64,000 nt of DNA from Octopus sinensis (lineage: Eukaryota): positions 20,956,001 to 21,020,000 of the forward strand of contig NC_043009.1 in the NCBI RefSeq assembly GCF_006345805.1, written 5' to 3'. Shown here piece by piece: positions 60,939 to 64,000 of the stretch. A program made the translations under genes and the position numbers. Each line of letters opens with the position of its first letter. Within the stretch, counting starts at the first letter, position 1. Under the pieces are notes generated by a model. The model saw nothing but the letters and a program-made list of their open reading frames with translations, had not been told where the DNA came from and did no database searches.

Positions 60939-61408
60939 CTGGTAAGTTATAAAGAATTTTCTTATTGAAAAATAGAATATTCTTTTAATGAATGTACAAA
61001 GATAAGAACTCGAGAATTCATGGAATTTAACAATTTCTTAATTTATATGTTTATTAATTATTTGAAAGCATTTTTAGACAGCAAATGGTATTTCTGTGAA
61101 AATACACTATTTTAGAATTACTATTTGGTAAGAAATTCATTTTAAAGACTTTTTATAGGTATCCTCAACTTTTTCTCCAAGTAGGACCTAACTAATTCAA
61201 ATATTGTCAATGAAGGAAGGTTTTTAATCTAAATAGAGAAATGGAATCTATTTTCTGTAAAAAGACAAGGCAAATATAATGGAGTTTCTGTAGGAAAAGT
61301 TGAACACGATCACCTGACAGTGTCAATATTGAGAATTTTGTCAAATATCTGTGTCAATAATTTGATGTCATAAGAATTTAGACACTTCAAGACAATATGA
61401 ATTCTTTT

Positions 61409-61711
61409 TTTGGAACGATGAAACTCAAAGCAAATAAAGCAATAAATAATAGTGTGCAAATATTGGGTTAAGGAAACCATTTGGATAGAAATCTTTATCT
61501 GCTTTGAGCTTCCCCATTTCAAAATAGAATTATTTCATGTTCTCTTGAAGTTCTAAAATGAATAAAGAAATTCAAAGGAGTGATTTGTTCCGATGGTAGA
61601 ACATCTGTCATGTCTACAGAAAATTTGGATTTGAGTCCCACAGGTAGCTTCAGACTTCTATACAAACACACTATTATTAATGTTATCTGCTTTGAGTTTC
61701 ACTGTTCCAAA
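61409..61711. repeat. Small MITE-like element with ~45-bp imperfect TIRs
   Basis: TTTGGAACGATGAAACTCAAAGC..AATAATAGTGTG versus CACACTATTATT..GCTTTGAGTTTCACTGTTCCAAA. Confidence 0.6.
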
Positions 61712-62649
61712 GATATATATTATATTATGTATTTATTTAGTGTGATTTAGATAAAAATTGCACAACAAAATTACCAGGATTTAGAACTATGTCTCTATTG
61801 CTGTATATTCTGAAGGAACACTGTGAGAAGGACTTGGACAAAAATGTCCAAAGTTTGTTTATAAAATATTTAGTTACTTCACCATATATGCATTTCATTA
61901 ACAATGAAATAAATAGCCACTTAACGTATGAAAAATTTTATAAGCAGATTGTTTTGTCAAATTTTCAGAGATTGTGTAATTCTTCTTAATAACCTTTAGT
62001 ACTGAAACTGGAATGCTGAGTTGATGCTGTAATAGTGTTGGCAGTCTAATATGAATACTAAAGGTTATTAATGAGAGTTATATAATCTTTGAAGATTTGA
62101 CAAAGCAATCTACTTAGGTTTTCCTGATATAATTGATTTTCTTCTCAATATTAAGGAAACATGCTTAAGATGCAGAACTAAATATGTTATAAACTAGTTT
62201 TGTTTTGCTTTGCTTTATATATGATAAGAAGTTTTTTGAAAGTAAATAAAAAATATTGTATTAGCTAATCATGATTACAAGGAAATTTTCAACAAGTCTT
62301 TGTTAAAGCTTCAAGCAATTAAATGGGTCTTTAAATGAACAGCAAAAAGCTAGATAAAGAGAGACTGATTAAAGAGAAGCAATAATTAATGTGCTCTCAT
62401 CAACACTTATCAACAATGCATGTAAATGGTGCTTCAACAGTGTATGTACAGAGTGAATTGACAAGGCATGTATATGGTGCCTCAACAATACAATTTTTCT
62501 TGTGAGCGATTAATTTCATAGAGAAATATTAGTCAACTAAAAAAAAAACATTTATATATATTGGTCTAGTTTAAATAAACCCTAATATAACAGTAATTTA
62601 TGAATTATTTACTTAGTAAATTTAGTGAGTATGAAAACAAATACTTTAC

Positions 62650-62979
62650 TCTGCATGACTTGATAGGAAAATGTGTTTGGTATTTGCTTGGTGTATGATA
62701 TTTCCAGGTGGCTTTTGTAAAAGGAGATGGAATTTGAAATTCATTGGTTGCCCCACAAAAATTATGGTGGGTAATCTTACAGAATTGCTTTATTTTTGTT
62801 GACTTTAAAGCTATTTCTTCTTTTATTTTGTTCAATGGCTGTGGTTCACTTTTTTCCATTGATGTAGAAACTTTCTCCTCCTTCTCAGATACTTTTGGCT
62901 TTACTTTCACAAATGCATCTTTCAAATTGAGAATGTCTTCCTTGGTCACAGAGATAGGAGTTGATATTGTCTTTAATAT
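62650..62979 (-). CDS. Host gene exon A (330 nt, phase 0-0): ILKTISTP..FCKITHHNFCG..WKYHTPSKYQTHFPIKSCR
   Basis: Acceptor ttctataaacag, donor GA|gtaaag, 110 open codons, phase-compatible with exon B. Confidence 0.7.
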
Positions 62980-63029
62980 CTGTTTATAGAATTTCATAAC
63001 AGTTAATATCAATTATTTCATTAAAATTC

Positions 63030-63300
63030 AACTGATGGGTAATGTCGGTGTGCTTATACGACAGAGTATAAATGATTTAAGAGAAAAACTGGGCATAAGA
63101 AGCATCAAATGTTGAGTACAAGAAAAAGCAATGTGCTAGCATGGTCGTGTGATGTGTATGGATAAAGACAGCTGCTTCAAGAAGTGCTGATGTCTAGTTG
63201 TGGAGGGAACCTGTAAAAGGGGTAAACCCAGGAAGATGTGGGACAAAGTGGTGAGAAACAATCTTTGAATGCTGGGCCTCACTGAGGAAATGATGACCAG
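63030..63300 (+). mobile_element. RTE C-terminal fragment
   Basis: REKLGIRSIK..HGRV..DKDSCFKKC..VEGTCKRGKPRKMW. Confidence 0.75.
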
Positions 63301-63360
63301 GGACTGGGAGTTGAAGACACCAAAACAGAAATGGCTAAGAAAGCCCGAATTGGCATCTAT

Positions 63361-63437
63361 AAGGGAAGTAACTCTCTAAAAATGCTTATATAGTTATTTC
63401 CCTTACAAACCCGAGCAACGCCGGGCGATACTGCTAG
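63361..63437 (+). mobile_element. Helitron 3' end
   Basis: ACAAACCCGAGCAACGCCGGGCGATACTGCTAG|T, identical to 33575-33606. Confidence 0.75.
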
Positions 63438-64000
63438 TATATATATATATGGATTTTTTCCCTTTGAACGGCAGATTGAGAAATTAATTTTTTGTAACTA
63501 AACATTTTCAAACTTCAGACACTGGTAGAATGTGTCATATAAAACATCTTTTACTCTTAGTGTTGTTGAGAAAAGTTTCTAATTTCAAAGTCATTTCGTG
63601 TTAGAGTTGTCGTATTTTGGTAATTTCAACCAATCAATGACGTGTATTCAGCTGAATAAAATTACTACTGTTGTTTGTCAACAACAGCTATTGGTGGTGT
63701 ATATTTCGTTTGTCACTGTTATTTATGATATCGTTCATGCGTTTGTACAGGTTTTAGCTTCAGGGGTGAGGGAATTAGGGTTATGGAAAAAAATGAAAAA
63801 ATGAAGAAATTGGAGGGGGGCAAAAAAGACTTACCGAAAATAGTAGCTGAAAAACAAATAAAAAAAAAAACTTAAAGTGGTAGAAATACACAAAGGATTA
63901 TGGTGGTGCCATGAAGTAAACATGTTTCAGATACACTCGATTATTTACACAAACATAACTGAGATGAAATAAGTCATAAATAACAGTAACAAACTAAATA

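Noticed and set aside
61310-61405. Exon RIHIVLKCLNSYDIKLLTQIFDKILNIDTV
   Set aside because: Weak acceptor inside a MITE end; its phase-2 exit is incompatible with exon B (would give a stop).

Overview
AT-rich, microsatellite-laden eukaryotic genomic DNA. The repeat families (tRNA-derived SINEs with an internal microsatellite, RTE LINE 3' ends with a (GAT)n tail) look like those of an octopus/coleoid genome; that assignment is inference. The window is mostly introns of one unidentified minus-strand gene. About 12 candidate exons lie between 62979 and 10383, including a frame-compensating set of micro-exons (7+31+16 nt). The introns contain: two full-length but defective CsRn1-like Ty3/Gypsy elements (1005-6952 +; 50786-56000 -, nested in an L1/Tx1-like LINE); a decayed Mag-like Gypsy element; three Penelope-like elements (PLEs); RTE, CR1/L2 and R4-like LINE remnants; an IR/DR Tc1 element; mariner and MULE relics; Helitron pieces; and several fold-back elements. 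The most striking structures are minimal type I hammerhead ribozyme motifs. One, with an intact core (39061-39103), sits in a ~380-bp TA-flanked fold-back element whose perfect 101-bp inverted repeat ends at the predicted self-cleavage site. All calls were made by eye with no database search; coordinates of decayed repeats are approximate.
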